45,203 bases of DNA from a virus, in UHGV virus genome UHGV-0169311; one strand, given 5' to 3'. The position numbers and the translations under genes were made by a program. Numbering within the stretch: position 1 is the stretch's first letter; each line of letters begins with the position of its first letter. The notes under the pieces were generated by a model that saw only the letters and a program-made list of their open reading frames with translations, was not told the origin of the DNA and ran no database searches. This document shows positions 25,780 to 36,188 of the stretch, piece by piece.

Positions 25780-27103
25780 TCTTCCGCATATTGCCAGTAT
25801 GGCCTTTAATGAGCCGCTGATGCTTGAACCCGCCTATGCGCGGGTTTTCTTTTGCGCGCTGGCTGGCCAGTTGGGCATCACCCGGCTGACAGATACCGTC
25901 TCTGGCATCACGCTTGATGCCGGACAAATAGCCGAACCGCTGGCGCTGTTTGGTGAGGATGATGACATGGATCCCCGTCCATCACGCAGCTATCAGGTGG
26001 CAAATGGTATCGCGGTCTTGCCGGTTTCCGGCACGCTGGTCAGTAAAACCCGTGCGCTTCAGCCTTATTCCGGCATGACGGGTTACAACGGGATCATTGC
26101 TCGCCTGCAGCAGGCAATCAGTGACCCCGGCGTTGACGGCATTCTTCTGGATATGGATACGCCGGGTGGAATGGTGTCCGGGGCGTTTGACTGCGCCGAC
26201 ATTATAGCCCGTATGCGCGATATCAAACCCATCTGGGCGCTGGCCAATGACATGAACTGCAGTGCAGGGCAGCTTATAGCCAGTTCGGCATCGCGACGGC
26301 TGGTCACACAAACGGCCAGAACCGGCTCCATTGGGGTCATGATGGCGCACAGCAACTATGGCGCTGCGCTCAAAACTAACGGCGTTGAGGTCACGCTGAT
26401 TTACAGCGGCGATCGCAAGGTCGACGGCAACCCTTACGAAAAGCTTCCGAAAGATGTGCGTGCTGATTTCCAGACGCGTATCGATGCCACTCGTCAGATG
26501 TTTGCCGAAAAGGTTTCCGCTTATACCGGCATGTCTGTTCAGGACGTGCTGGACACCGAAGCGGCAGTATTCTCCGGCCAGGAGTCTTTGGATAACGGAC
26601 TGGCGGATGAACTTGTTAACAATACCGATGCGCTCGGCGTGATGCGCGAAGCACTCGACAGACGCAAAAAAACAACCCTTGGAGGAACTATGCCATCACC
26701 TTCTGCTTCAGCTGTGACCACTAAGCCAGTTGACCAGGCAGCAACTCAGACAACTGCCTCAGCTGAACAGGTCGCTACCGTTGACACGACCATTGCTTCC
26801 GTAGCGGCCCCTGTAGATGTCAGTGCGCAGGTTACTGCAGCAGTAGCTGCAGAGAATAGCCGCATCATGGGCATCCTGAACTGCGATGAGGCTAAAGGGC
26901 GTGAGTCACAGGCGCGAGCACTGGCCGAAACGCCGGGTATGACGGTAGAGAGCGCACAGCGCATTCTGGCTGCTGCACCGCAAAGTGCCCAGGCGCGTAC
27001 CGATACGGCGCTGGATCGTTTGATGGAAACAGCACCCGGTGCACTCCCAGCAGGTAGCGCATCTTCTGATGCCGCTGACGATTTGTTAAACACCCCCGTT
27101 TAA
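25760..27103 (+). CDS. C: Head maturation protease / scaffold (ClpP/S49-like)
   Basis: Colinear with lambda gpC (from memory). Confidence 0.9.
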   Translation: MAHELRNLPHIASMAFNEPLMLEPAYARVFFCALAGQLGITRLTDTVSGITLDAGQIAEPLALFGEDDDMDPRPSRSYQVANGIAVLPVSGTLVSKTRALQPYSGMTGYNGIIARLQQAISDPGVDGILLDMDTPGGMVSGAFDCADIIARMRDIKPIWALANDMNCSAGQLIASSASRRLVTQTARTGSIGVMMAHSNYGAALKTNGVEVTLIYSGDRKVDGNPYEKLPKDVRADFQTRIDATRQMFAEKVSAYTGMSVQDVLDTEAAVFSGQESLDNGLADELVNNTDALGVMREALDRRKKTTLGGTMPSPSASAVTTKPVDQAATQTTASAEQVATVDTTIASVAAPVDVSAQVTAAVAAENSRIMGILNCDEAKGRESQARALAETPGMTVESAQRILAAAPQSAQARTDTALDRLMETAPGALPAGSASSDAADDLLNTPV

Positions 27104-27112
27104 GAGGCTATC

Positions 27113-27445
27113 ATGGCAATTACTGAAGTTTTCACACATAACCAGCCGCTCGGTAACAGCGACCCGGCGCACACTGCGTATGGTCCTGGCGAACTGACGG
27201 CTTCCACTCCAGCCATGACGCCGCTCATGCTGGATGCCACTTCTGGCAAGCTGACCGTCTGGGATGGTGCTCATGCTGGCGCGGCAATGGGCATCCTGGC
27301 TGTAACCGCAGACCAGAACAGCGCGGAACTGGCATATTACAAATCTGGCTCTTTCCGTATTGAAGATGTCCTCTGGCCATCTGCCGTCACCGACGACAAC
27401 ATTAAACGTAACGCGTTCGCCGGTACTGCAATCAGCATCGTTTAA
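27113..27445 (+). CDS. D: Head decoration protein
   Basis: 110 aa, colinear with lambda gpD (from memory). Confidence 0.9.
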   Translation: MAITEVFTHNQPLGNSDPAHTAYGPGELTASTPAMTPLMLDATSGKLTVWDGAHAGAAMGILAVTADQNSAELAYYKSGSFRIEDVLWPSAVTDDNIKRNAFAGTAISIV

Positions 27446-27474
27446 TCCGCATTTCTACAACCATCATCATTCAT

Positions 27475-27499
27475 AAAAGCCGCTTGCGCGGCTTTTTTT
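27475..27499 (+). other. Terminator-like RNA hairpin between D and E (AAAAGCCGC-TTGC-GCGGCTTTT plus T-tract)
   Basis: Perfect stem followed by TTTTTTT, 14 nt upstream of the E start, inside the late operon. Confidence 0.4.
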
Positions 27500-27512
27500 A
27501 CGGGAAAAATCT

Positions 27513-28538
27513 ATGTCCGTTTACACCACTGCCCAACTGCTGGCGGTCAATGAGAAGAAATTCAAATTCGATCCGCTTTTCCTGCGTATCTTTTTCCGCG
27601 AAACCTATCCCTTCAGTACAGAGAAGGTTTACCTGTCGCAAATTCCTGGCCTGGTCAATATGGCGCTTTACGTCTCGCCGATTGTCTCCGGCAAAGTGAT
27701 CCGCTCCCGTGGCGGCAGCACGTCTGAATTCACGCCGGGTTATGTGAAGCCGAAACACGAAGTTAACCCACTGATGACTCTCCGCCGCCTGCCGGATGAG
27801 GATCCGCAGAATCTCGCTGACCCGGTCTATCGCCGTCGCCGCATTATCCTTCAGAACATGAAGGATGAAGAGCTGGCGATTGCTCAGGTCGAAGAGAAAC
27901 AGGCTGTTTCGGCGGTGCTCAGCGGTAAATACACCATGACCGGGGAAGCGTTCGAGCCTGTTGAAGTCGATATGGGCCGCAGCGCTGGTAACAACATTGT
28001 CCAGGCCGGTGCGGCTGCATGGTCAACCCGCGACAAAGAAACGTATGACCCGACCGATGACATTGAAGCCTACGCGCTCAACGCCAGCGGTGTGGTCAAC
28101 ATCATTGTGTTCGATCCGAAAGGCTGGGCGCTGTTCCGTTCCTTCAAGGCTGTTGAGAAGAAGCTGGATACGCGTCGTGGTTCTAACTCTGAGCTGGAAA
28201 CTGCCGTGAAAGACCTGGGTATGGCTGTTTCATACAAGGGGATGTTTGGCGATGTGGCCATCGTGGTGTACTCCGGCCAGTACGTCGAAAACGACGTCAA
28301 AAAGAATTATCTGCCGGACCTGACAATGGTGCTGGGGAATACCCAGGCTCGTGGCCTGCGTACCTATGGCTGCATTCTTGATGCTGATGCCCAGCGCGAA
28401 GGTATCAATGCCTCGACACGCTACCCGAAAAACTGGGTGCAGTCGGGGGATCCGGCGCGCGAATTCACCATGATTCAGTCAGCTCCGCTGATGCTGCTGC
28501 CAGACCCTGACGCATTCGTCTCCGTCAAACTGGCATAA
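27513..28538 (+). CDS. E: Major capsid protein
   Basis: 341 aa, near-identical N-terminus to lambda gpE (MS.YTTAQLLA.NE.KFKFDPLFLR). Confidence 0.95.
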   Translation: MSVYTTAQLLAVNEKKFKFDPLFLRIFFRETYPFSTEKVYLSQIPGLVNMALYVSPIVSGKVIRSRGGSTSEFTPGYVKPKHEVNPLMTLRRLPDEDPQNLADPVYRRRRIILQNMKDEELAIAQVEEKQAVSAVLSGKYTMTGEAFEPVEVDMGRSAGNNIVQAGAAAWSTRDKETYDPTDDIEAYALNASGVVNIIVFDPKGWALFRSFKAVEKKLDTRRGSNSELETAVKDLGMAVSYKGMFGDVAIVVYSGQYVENDVKKNYLPDLTMVLGNTQARGLRTYGCILDADAQREGINASTRYPKNWVQSGDPAREFTMIQSAPLMLLPDPDAFVSVKLA

Positions 28539-28583
28539 CTTCCCCCAGTGGCCCTGTCGGGCCACCTTTCTGGAGTATTTCCC

Positions 28584-29000
28584 ATGACAGAAAAAGAAAA
28601 GCTGGTCGCCCGCCTGAATGAACTTGGGACCCAGCTTAACCGCGAGGTCAGTACCAGCGGCACCATTCAGGAACTGACGATGCGTATTGCTGAGCTTGAA
28701 GAGGAACTGGATGGCAATGCCGGGTCAGTTGACGGTGAAAACGGCGTGCAGAATGCTTCCGACAGCACCGACAGCACCGACAGCACCGACAACAATGTTG
28801 CTAACGTGGCAAAAGTAAAAACGGAATCGGCCACAACGGGTGACCTGGTATCAGTAGAAACGCTGGCCACCCTGCATATTGACGCTCTGCATGCCACGCG
28901 TAACGAGCCGGTATCTATCGTAGAGCCTGGTGTGATTATCCGCGTATCTGAACAGGATGCCGACGACTTGATCGCAAAGGGGCTGGCTTTCGAAGTCTGA
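28584..29000 (+). CDS. FI: DNA packaging protein FI
   Basis: Start MTEKEKLVARL (track ORF starts upstream at 28548); similar to lambda gpFI at both termini, with a variable acidic/Ser-Thr linker. Confidence 0.8.
   Translation: MTEKEKLVARLNELGTQLNREVSTSGTIQELTMRIAELEEELDGNAGSVDGENGVQNASDSTDSTDSTDNNVANVAKVKTESATTGDLVSVETLATLHIDALHATRNEPVSIVEPGVIIRVSEQDADDLIAKGLAFEV
28761..28790 (+). repeat. 9-bp tandem repeat (GACAGCACC) x3.3 in the FI linker
   Basis: gacagcaccgacagcaccgacagcaccgac encodes DSTDSTDSTD. Confidence 0.85.
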
Positions 29001-29010
29001 AGGGGGCCAC

Positions 29011-29364
29011 ATGGCTGATTTCGATAATCTCTTTGACGAGGCCATGTCGCGAGCTGATAGCGCTATCCGTGGTGTGATGGGCACAGAGGCAAAGGTGATG
29101 TCAGGCGCTTTGTCAGGTGCCACCCTGGTCGGTGTATTCGATGATCCAGAAAATATCGGATATGCCGGTGCCGGGATTCGTGTTGAAGGAACCAGCCCGA
29201 CCCTGTTTGTGGAAACCGCCACTGTCAGGCAGCTGCAGCGTATGGACACGCTGACGATTAACGGTCGGCAATTCTGGGTTGAACGTATTGGTCCGGATGA
29301 CTGTGGCTCCTGTCATATCTGTCTGGGTAACGGCTCTCCACCTGCATCTTCGCGTCGCCGTTAA
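29011..29364 (+). CDS. FII: Head-tail joining protein FII
   Basis: Colinear with lambda gpFII (MADFDNLFD ...). Confidence 0.9.
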   Translation: MADFDNLFDEAMSRADSAIRGVMGTEAKVMSGALSGATLVGVFDDPENIGYAGAGIRVEGTSPTLFVETATVRQLQRMDTLTINGRQFWVERIGPDDCGSCHICLGNGSPPASSRRR

Positions 29365-29373
29365 GGAGCGCAT

Positions 29374-29928
29374 ATGTCCATAAAAGGCCTTGAACAGGCC
29401 ATAGAAAACCTTAACAGCATCAGCAAAACGGCTGTTCCGCGGGCATCGGCGCAGGCCGTTAACCGCGTGGCAAACCGGGCCGTCAGCCGCAGCGTGGCAG
29501 TCGTATCAAAAGATACGCGCGTACCGCGAAAACTGGTAAAGCAACGCGCCAGGGTGAAGCGTGCGACGGTCAATAGACCTCGTGCACTTATCCGGGTAAA
29601 CCGGGGAAATTTACCGGCCATTAAACTCGGTACCGCAAGCGTGCGACTTTCCCGCAGAAAACGGGACAAGAAAGGGGCCAACAGCGTTCTGCGCATAGGG
29701 CCATTTCGTTTTCCGGGCGGCTTTATCCAGCAACTTAAAAATGGTCGCTGGCATGTCATGAGGCGGACTTCAAAACCTCGTTACCCCATTGAAGTGGTCA
29801 GCATCCCGCTGGCAGCTCCATTAACTACGGCATTTAAAGAAGAACTGCCGAAGCTCATGGAGTCAGATATGCCCAAAGAGCTCCGGGCATCCCTTACCAA
29901 CCAACTCAGGTTAATTCTGACACGATGA
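29374..29928 (+). CDS. Z: Minor tail protein Z
   Basis: Colinear with lambda gpZ (M.IKGLEQA.ENL..ISKTAVP ...). Confidence 0.9.
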   Translation: MSIKGLEQAIENLNSISKTAVPRASAQAVNRVANRAVSRSVAVVSKDTRVPRKLVKQRARVKRATVNRPRALIRVNRGNLPAIKLGTASVRLSRRKRDKKGANSVLRIGPFRFPGGFIQQLKNGRWHVMRRTSKPRYPIEVVSIPLAAPLTTAFKEELPKLMESDMPKELRASLTNQLRLILTR

Positions 29929-30323
29929 AACACAGCGATATTCGCAAGGTGATTATTGACGCGCTGGAAAGCGCGATTGGTACTGATGTCATTTATTTTG
30001 ACGGCAGACCTGCAGTGCTCGAAGAGGGTGATTTTCCCGCTGTTGCCGTCTACCTGACAGATGCGGAATACACAGGGGAAGAACTGGACGCCGATAGCTG
30101 GCAGGCCATTCTGCATATCGAAGTCTTTCTTGAGGCTCAGGTACCTGATTCTGATCTGGATGACTGGATGGAGACGAGAGTGTATCCGGTTCTCGCAGAG
30201 GTTCCGGGGCTTGAATCTCTTATCACCACAATGGTTCAGCAGGGCTATGACTACCAGCGCGATGACGATATGGCGCTGTGGAGTTCTGCCGACCTGAAAT
30301 ATTCCATTACTTACGACATGTGA
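29925..30323 (+). CDS. U: Tail terminator protein U
   Basis: Colinear with lambda gpU (MKH ... FDGRPAV ... [19 protein letters not shown]). Confidence 0.9.
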   Translation: MKHSDIRKVIIDALESAIGTDVIYFDGRPAVLEEGDFPAVAVYLTDAEYTGEELDADSWQAILHIEVFLEAQVPDSDLDDWMETRVYPVLAEVPGLESLITTMVQQGYDYQRDDDMALWSSADLKYSITYDM

Positions 30324-30330
30324 GGACCCT

Positions 30331-31068
30331 ATGGCCACACCAAACCCGCTGGCACCAACAAAAGGTGCTGGTACCACCCTCTGGGTTTACACCGGAACTG
30401 GTGATCCATACGCCAATCCGCTTTCAGACGTTGACTGGCTGCGCCTGGCAAAGATTAAAGACCTGCAGCCCGGAGAACTGACAGCTGAATCGGAAGATGA
30501 CACCTACATCGATGATGAGAATGCCGACTGGACATCAACGATGCAGGGGCAGAAATCAGCCGGTGAAACAAACCTGACGCTCGCATGGATGCCGGAGGAT
30601 TCCGGTCAGCAGGACCTGGTGAACTGGTTCGATGAAGGCACCGTGAAGGGGTATAAAATCAAATATCCGAATGGTGTTGTCGATGTCTTTAAGGGCTGGG
30701 TGAGCAGTCTCGGCAAGACCATCTCGTCTAAAGAGGTCATGACCCGCACGGCAAAAATCACCAACAATGGCAAACCATCGCTGGCCGAAGACAGTGGTAC
30801 CGCGCCGATTGCCGTTACGGGGATCAGCCTGGATAAATCCACGGCGGCTGTGGCTGTCGCGGCCACGACGCAACTGGTTGTTTCTGTCCTGCCAGCAAGT
30901 GCTTCAGATAAGTCTTTCCGCGTAGCCAGTTCTGATCCGTCAAAAGCAACGGTCACCGTCAGCGGCAATACCCTGACTGTTACCGGCGTGGCGGCAGGCA
31001 CCGTCGAGATCATCGTAATGAGCAATGACGGTAACTTTGTGGCGATCTGCAAAGTCACTGTTTCCTGA
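30331..31068 (+). CDS. V: Major tail protein V
   Basis: Colinear with lambda gpV including the C-terminal Ig-like part. Confidence 0.9.
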   Translation: MATPNPLAPTKGAGTTLWVYTGTGDPYANPLSDVDWLRLAKIKDLQPGELTAESEDDTYIDDENADWTSTMQGQKSAGETNLTLAWMPEDSGQQDLVNWFDEGTVKGYKIKYPNGVVDVFKGWVSSLGKTISSKEVMTRTAKITNNGKPSLAEDSGTAPIAVTGISLDKSTAAVAVAATTQLVVSVLPASASDKSFRVASSDPSKATVTVSGNTLTVTGVAAGTVEIIVMSNDGNFVAICKVTVS

Positions 31069-31104
31069 TAACCGGGGCGAAAGCCCCGTTCCCCCGGAGT
31101 AATT

Positions 31105-31527
31105 ATGTTTCTAAAGAGCGAGCTGCTTGAAAGTAACGGCAGCAGCGTCACATTGTTCCAGCTGTCGGCGCTGCAGCGTATTGAATACCTCGAATACCTG
31201 AAACAACTTGAGGCGGTTGAAGCTGGTGATTTTCAGGCTGCCATTACCCTTACCGTGAAGAGTGGAGCATATCTGGTGGCAATGTCACTCTGGCATGGCC
31301 ACGCGCTTAAAGGATCGCAGGGAGAAAACGCGGCGGCGGAAGTGGAGCAGATTCAGGATGAGGTCATGCAGACATGGCCGACCGAACTTGTTGCCGAAGC
31401 CGAATATAAGGTGAAACTCCTGTCCGGGATGATTGCGCCGGTCACTGATGACCAGGCTGAGCCCGGTGAAGAACGTAATGAACCCGCTGAACCTGTTACT
31501 GCGGAAAAGCCCTCGCCAGTGAGCTGA
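31105..31527 (+). CDS. G: Tail assembly chaperone G
   Basis: Colinear with lambda gpG (MFLK ... VTL.ELSALQRIE ...). Confidence 0.85.
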   Translation: MFLKSELLESNGSSVTLFQLSALQRIEYLEYLKQLEAVEAGDFQAAITLTVKSGAYLVAMSLWHGHALKGSQGENAAAEVEQIQDEVMQTWPTELVAEAEYKVKLLSGMIAPVTDDQAEPGEERNEPAEPVTAEKPSPVS

Positions 31528-31856
31528 AGTTTGCCATGAAACTGGCGCGTGAGTTCGGTCGCCCGGACTGGCGTGCCATGCTTGCTGGCATGTCCTCAAC
31601 GGAATACGGCGACTGGAAAATCTTCTACCAGGACAATTACTTTCATGATGCGCAGCTGGATGCTCATTTCTCCGGTTTGCTCTACACCATCTCAACCCTG
31701 TTTTTTGCTGATCCGGAATTAACACCGGACAGTTTCAGCATCCTTTCCCCTGTATCGGAAAGCATCGACGTTGATGAGCCGGATGACGATACGCTGATGG
31801 CGAAGGCTGCAGGTATTTCAGGAGGCGTGCGCTATGGCCCAGACGGCAGTGGGTGA
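31509..31856 (+). CDS. T: Tail assembly protein T portion, expressed as a G-T fusion by -1 frameshift
   Basis: T frame is open from 31491 and overlaps the G 3' end; the only slippery-like heptamer in the overlap is G GAA AAG (31503..31509); downstream sequence LAREFGRPDWRAMLAGMSSTEY matches lambda gpT. Confidence 0.7.
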   Translation, partial: ALASELKFAMKLAREFGRPDWRAMLAGMSSTEYGDWKIFYQDNYFHDAQLDAHFSGLLYTISTLFFADPELTPDSFSILSPVSESIDVDEPDDDTLMAKAAGISGGVRYGPDGSG

Positions 31857-34350
31857 TCTGGTCGTTAACCTTGACGTTAACTCGACGAAATTTAACGAGC
31901 AGCTTAACTACGTCAAAAAAGAATTAAAGCAGACTGGCAGCGCGGCGAACGACGAAGCGCTACGGATCCAGCAGTCCTTTAGCCGCCAGGAGAACGCCGC
32001 GCGCAAGGCGGGTATTTCAATAGGCCAGTATAACGCAGCAATGCGTATGCTTCCGGCGCAGTTTACCGATATAGCTACGCAGCTAGCGGGCGGGCAGAAC
32101 CCATGGCTGATTCTGCTTCAGCAGGGCGGTCAGGTTAAGGACTCCTTTGGCGGGATCATTCCGACATTCCGGGCGTTGCTGGGGACGATTTCCCCGTTGA
32201 TGGTCGGCATTGGTGCATTGTCCGTTGCAACGGGCGCGTTGTTCTATGCCTGGTACCAGGGCTCTTCCACTCTGTCTGATTTCAACAAAACGCTGGTACT
32301 GTCGGGGAACACAGCCGGACTGACAGCTGACCGCATGCTGGCACTGGCGCGGAACGGACAGGCAGCGGGGCTAACGTTCAACCAGACCAGTGAAGCCCTG
32401 ACCGAGCTTATCAATGCAGGTGTGCGTACTGGCTCGCGCTTTGATGAAATGAGCCAGGCGGTGGCGCGGTTTACTGATGCCTCCGGCGTGCCGGTGGAGA
32501 AAGTCGCTGCAGCCTACGGCAAGCTCGCAACTGACCCGACATCGGGCCTGATCGCGATGGCCCAGCAGTTCCATAACGTTACCGCAGAACAGATTGCCCA
32601 TGTGGCGCAGCTGCAGCGTGCCGGTGATGAGGCTGGCGCACTGCAGGCGGCTAACGAGGCGGCTACAGCCGGATTCAACGATCAGACCAAAGCCATCCGC
32701 GACAATATGGGGACGATAGAGTCTTCAGCGGACTCCCTGAAGCGCGCCTTCAAGTCGATGTGGGATGCAGCCCTCGATATTGGCCGACCTGACACCGCGC
32801 AGGAGATGGTGGCAAAAGCCGAAGCCGCGTTCAAAAAAGCTGATGAAATCTGGAACCTGCGTAAAGGTGACCGATATGTCAATGATGAGGCTCGCGCCCG
32901 ATTCTGGAATGACCGCGAAACGGCCAGGCTTGCGCTGGATATGGCGCAGCAGCAGGCGGGAATTGCCAGGGCGAACGAAGAGAATGCATCGCGCGAAGCG
33001 GCTGCGGAATCGGATCGCCAGAAGTATGCTGCGCAGGCACAGGCAAACTATGCCAAAACGCAGACGGCACTGGAGAAATACACGGCCAGGCAGAGCGAGC
33101 TCAACAAGGCGCTGAAAGAGGGGCGGATCCTCCAGGCTGACTACAACATCAACCTGGCTGCCGCGAAAAAAGAGTACGAAGACACCCTTAAAAAGCCGAA
33201 GAAGACCCCGGCAATCAGAACCCCCGCAGGTGCCCGTGCCACCGATACGGCCAGTGCCCAGACGCTGGAGCTACAGACACAGCTGCGCACCCTGCAGGAG
33301 CATAAGAGCATCAATGACACCATCAGCCAGCAGCGTCAGGAGCTGTGGCGTCAGCAGTCCCGCTTTACGGTTCTGGAAGAGGCCGCGAAGACCCGAACGC
33401 TTTCTGCTGAGGAAAAATCCCTGCTGGCCAGTAAAAGTGAGGTGCTTTCCCGTGCGGAGCTGAATGCGAAGCTTGGCGATCAGATAGTGGCGCAGGAGCG
33501 GCTTAACCGCCTGCAGGATACGTCCCAAAAATACGTCACGCAGATCGGCGAGAAAACCCGAGCCCTTGCGGAAAGTGCTGGTATGAGCAGTCGTGCAGCA
33601 CAACGCCGCAATGAGGAGGCCCAGCTTCTTCAGGGCTGGAAAAATGGTGGCGGTTCGGAGAACGACGCTGGTTATCAGAATGAGCTGCAGGCGCTGCAGG
33701 CGTATTACGCCGAGCAGGATAAGCTGCGGGACGACTGGCAATCCGGGGCCAAATCCGCATGGGCAGATTATGTTGATTCCGCTTCAGATGCTTATGGCCA
33801 GATGAAGTCGGTTGCCACCAGTACGTTTGATGGCATCGGGCAGAATATGGCAGACATGCTGACACGCGGAAAGGCTGACTGGGCTGACTTTACCCGCTCC
33901 ACGCTCTCCATGCTGACACAAATTCTGCTGAAGCAGGCAATGACCGGACTGGTAGATTCAGCCTCCACGGCGCTGGGGTTTGCCAGCGGGGGATTCACCG
34001 GTTCGGGTGGGAAATATGAACCCGCAGGTGTCGTTCACCGTGGCGAATTTGTTTTCACCAAAGAGGCTACCAGTCGGATCGGCGTCGGCAACCTTTACCG
34101 GATGATGAAAGGGTACGCCACAGGAGGGCTTGTCGGGGGCAGTGGCACAGGTCCCGCTGCAGCACCTTTCGGGGTGAGCGTGTACGCGCCTGTGACCGTC
34201 GAGAATGCCTCCGGTGGCGCACAGCAGCAAAATGACGGAGACAGGCTGGGTAAGGCGTATCAGCAGGTGATTAACAAATCTGTCAACGATGGTATCGCCA
34301 GGGCAATCCAGCCCGGTGGGCTTATCTGGAATGCGAACAATCGCAGGTAA
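31834..34350 (+). CDS. H: Tail tape measure protein
   Basis: 838 aa, colinear with lambda gpH (from memory). Confidence 0.9.
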   Translation: MAQTAVGDLVVNLDVNSTKFNEQLNYVKKELKQTGSAANDEALRIQQSFSRQENAARKAGISIGQYNAAMRMLPAQFTDIATQLAGGQNPWLILLQQGGQVKDSFGGIIPTFRALLGTISPLMVGIGALSVATGALFYAWYQGSSTLSDFNKTLVLSGNTAGLTADRMLALARNGQAAGLTFNQTSEALTELINAGVRTGSRFDEMSQAVARFTDASGVPVEKVAAAYGKLATDPTSGLIAMAQQFHNVTAEQIAHVAQLQRAGDEAGALQAANEAATAGFNDQTKAIRDNMGTIESSADSLKRAFKSMWDAALDIGRPDTAQEMVAKAEAAFKKADEIWNLRKGDRYVNDEARARFWNDRETARLALDMAQQQAGIARANEENASREAAAESDRQKYAAQAQANYAKTQTALEKYTARQSELNKALKEGRILQADYNINLAAAKKEYEDTLKKPKKTPAIRTPAGARATDTASAQTLELQTQLRTLQEHKSINDTISQQRQELWRQQSRFTVLEEAAKTRTLSAEEKSLLASKSEVLSRAELNAKLGDQIVAQERLNRLQDTSQKYVTQIGEKTRALAESAGMSSRAAQRRNEEAQLLQGWKNGGGSENDAGYQNELQALQAYYAEQDKLRDDWQSGAKSAWADYVDSASDAYGQMKSVATSTFDGIGQNMADMLTRGKADWADFTRSTLSMLTQILLKQAMTGLVDSASTALGFASGGFTGSGGKYEPAGVVHRGEFVFTKEATSRIGVGNLYRMMKGYATGGLVGGSGTGPAAAPFGVSVYAPVTVENASGGAQQQNDGDRLGKAYQQVINKSVNDGIARAIQPGGLIWNANNRR

Positions 34351-34355
34351 CAGTT

Positions 34356-34703
34356 ATGACGATAGAAACATTCTCCTGGGGTATTAAGGTCTCCAGCCAG
34401 CCCACAGAGGGAAGCAAAGACACCGTCAGGAAGGTCCAGTTCGGCGACGGTTACGCACAGGTGAGCGGCTCAGGTCTGAATGATGAAATTCGCACCTATG
34501 AATTTTCCTTCTCAGGGGATCCGACTACAGCGAATGAAATTCATGCCTTCCTTCGGCGGCATAAAGTGAAGTCGTTTATTTTCACTCCGCCTTTCGGCGA
34601 TACCGCGCTGTGGCGTGTCGAGGCTGACACGCTCAAAAAGGTGGTTAAAAACGTAAAAGTGATAACCGTAACCGCAACGTTTGAACAGGCATTTGCACCA
34701 TGA
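34356..34703 (+). CDS. M: Minor tail protein M
   Basis: 115 aa at the gpM position; VRKVQFGDGY motif. Confidence 0.85.
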   Translation: MTIETFSWGIKVSSQPTEGSKDTVRKVQFGDGYAQVSGSGLNDEIRTYEFSFSGDPTTANEIHAFLRRHKVKSFIFTPPFGDTALWRVEADTLKKVVKNVKVITVTATFEQAFAP

Positions 34704-35455
34704 GTCTTAATGCTGATTATCAAAAACTCGAGCCGGGCAATGAAGTCCGGCTTTTTTCTGTCGATGGCACAGCGTTCGGTATGTCAGATGTACTCCGCTT
34801 CCACGCACATAATATCGCGCATACCCCGGAAGAGATTGAGGCTGCAGGCGGGGATGAGAATAAACTTCCGGCGAAGTCCATCTGGTGGCAGGGGGAGGAG
34901 TATAAAGCCTGGCCGTGTCAGGTTGAGGGTATTGAAGCGACTACGGACGGTACCAGTCCACAGCCAAAACTGAGTGTGGCGAACCTGGACAGCTCGATCT
35001 CAGCGCTCTGTCTGGCGTATGACGATCTGCTGCAGGCGAAAGTGAGTATCCACGACACGCTGGCACAGTATCTGGACGCCAGAAATTTTCCGCAGGGCAA
35101 TCCCACTGCAGACCCGTCACAGGAAAAGCTGAAGGTCTTTTATATCGATGCCAGAAGCACCGAGACGGATGAATCTGTTGAATTTACGCTTTCCAGTCCG
35201 ATGGATTTACAGGGCCAGATGATACCCACGCGGCAGCTGCATTCGTTATGCAGCTGGTGCATCCGGAACAAGTACCGGACCGGCGACGGCTGCGACTATG
35301 CCGGAACGCGCTATTTCGACAAAAACAATAATCCGGTTGACGATCCATCGCTGGATGTCTGCAACGGCACGCTGACGGCCTGCAAGCTCCGGCACGGAGA
35401 CAGCAACGAGCTGCCGTTTGGCGGTTTCCCCGGTACATCTCTTATCAGGAGCTGA
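34700..35455 (+). CDS. L: Minor tail protein L
   Basis: 251 aa at the gpL position; C-terminal Cys cluster as in gpL. Confidence 0.85.
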   Translation: MSLNADYQKLEPGNEVRLFSVDGTAFGMSDVLRFHAHNIAHTPEEIEAAGGDENKLPAKSIWWQGEEYKAWPCQVEGIEATTDGTSPQPKLSVANLDSSISALCLAYDDLLQAKVSIHDTLAQYLDARNFPQGNPTADPSQEKLKVFYIDARSTETDESVEFTLSSPMDLQGQMIPTRQLHSLCSWCIRNKYRTGDGCDYAGTRYFDKNNNPVDDPSLDVCNGTLTACKLRHGDSNELPFGGFPGTSLIRS

Positions 35456-35456
35456 T

Positions 35457-36188
35457 ATGCGCCAGAAAACCATTGATGCCATCATGGCACACGCTGCAGC
35501 GGAATATCCGCGAGAGTGCTGCGGCGTGGTGGCACAGAAAAGCCGGGTTGAGCGCTATTTTCCCTGTCGTAATCTCGCAGCAGAGCCGACTGAACATTTT
35601 CACCTGTCCCCCGAAGATTACGCAGCGGCAGAAGACTGGGGGACGGTGGTGGCCATTGTTCACAGCCATCCTGATGCGACGACGCAGGCCAGCGAGCTGG
35701 ATAAGGCGCAGTGTGATGCAACGCTGCTGCCCTGGCATATTGTGAGCTGGCCAGAGGGGGATTTACGTACCATTCAGCCACGCGGGGAGCTGCCATTGCT
35801 GGAGCGTCCGTTCGTGCTTGGCCACTTCGATTGCTGGGGTCTGGTAATGAGCTATTTCCGGCAGACCCACTGTATCGAGCTCCACGATTACCGGGTGGAT
35901 TATCCCTGGTGGGAAAACGACTACCCGGACAATTTCTATCAGGAGTGCTGGTACGAGTGCGGATTCAGGGAGTTTGATGGTCCGCCTCAGGAAGGGGACC
36001 TCGTCATCATGCAGGTGCAGGCCGATAAGTGGAATCATGCCGGGATTTTACTGGAGGGTAACATGCTGCTGCACCATCTTTACGGGCATCTGAGTCAACG
36101 TGTTCCTTATGGCGGATACTGGCAGGAGCGCACAATGAAGATCGTTCGCTATAAAGATGTAATGGCAGGTGAAACATGCAGGAAGTAA
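35457..36188 (+). CDS. K: Tail assembly protein K (MPN/NlpC-P60-like)
   Basis: Start MRQKTIDAIMAHA; colinear with lambda gpK (PRE.CGVV ... HSHPD ... ELDKAQCDAT). Confidence 0.85.
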   Translation: MRQKTIDAIMAHAAAEYPRECCGVVAQKSRVERYFPCRNLAAEPTEHFHLSPEDYAAAEDWGTVVAIVHSHPDATTQASELDKAQCDATLLPWHIVSWPEGDLRTIQPRGELPLLERPFVLGHFDCWGLVMSYFRQTHCIELHDYRVDYPWWENDYPDNFYQECWYECGFREFDGPPQEGDLVIMQVQADKWNHAGILLEGNMLLHHLYGHLSQRVPYGGYWQERTMKIVRYKDVMAGETCRK

